From Alloascoidea hylecoeti (lineage: Eukaryota): DNA of 55,663 nucleotides. Shown in pieces: positions 55,656 through 55,663 of the stretch (position 1 is the first letter of the stretch; the number at the start of each line of letters is the position of its first letter). The position numbers and the translations under genes are program-made. The notes below the pieces were generated by a model. It was not told the DNA's origin and did no database searches. It saw only the letters and a list, made by a program, of their open reading frames with translations. The stretch covers positions 229,185 to 284,847 of the forward strand of contig BCKZ01000001.1 of NCBI GenBank assembly GCA_001600815.1. The letters run 5' to 3'.

Positions 55656-55663
55656 TGCAATTG

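Overview
Very AT-rich eukaryotic DNA from a budding-yeast-like ascomycete (Saccharomycotina-type gene set). It appears to use the standard genetic code (CTG sits at a conserved Leu in Pho88) and is unusually intron-rich. Housekeeping genes: OSH1/OSH2-type oxysterol-binding protein, SIW14, two tandem EF1B-gamma genes plus two remnants, AAT2, an OPT transporter, a DIL-domain protein, PHO88, FAR8/striatin (5 introns), YPT7, ATG27 (1 intron), RPL17 (probable 5'UTR intron), COY1, CLU1 (2 introns), UBC7 (4 introns), a MAC1-type copper-fist regulator, tRNA-Glu(UUC) and a secreted PL1 pectate lyase. Features missing from the ORF track: a 46-aa, 12-Cys metallothionein 3 kb from MAC1; a candidate H/ACA snoRNA between YPT7 and ATG27 with bipartite complementarity to the 3' end of 25S rRNA; a TIR-bounded, internally deleted pogo/Fot1-like transposon; relics resembling PIF/Harbinger, LINE and Ngaro/DIRS elements; a dispersed family of ~24-bp GGCCGAATATTT tandem arrays; and a duplicated catalytically dead aspartic-protease-like membrane protein whose LPxY tail lies just past the stop codon. 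A 780-nt assembly gap lies at 17657-18436. All family assignments are by eye from motifs; no database search was run.
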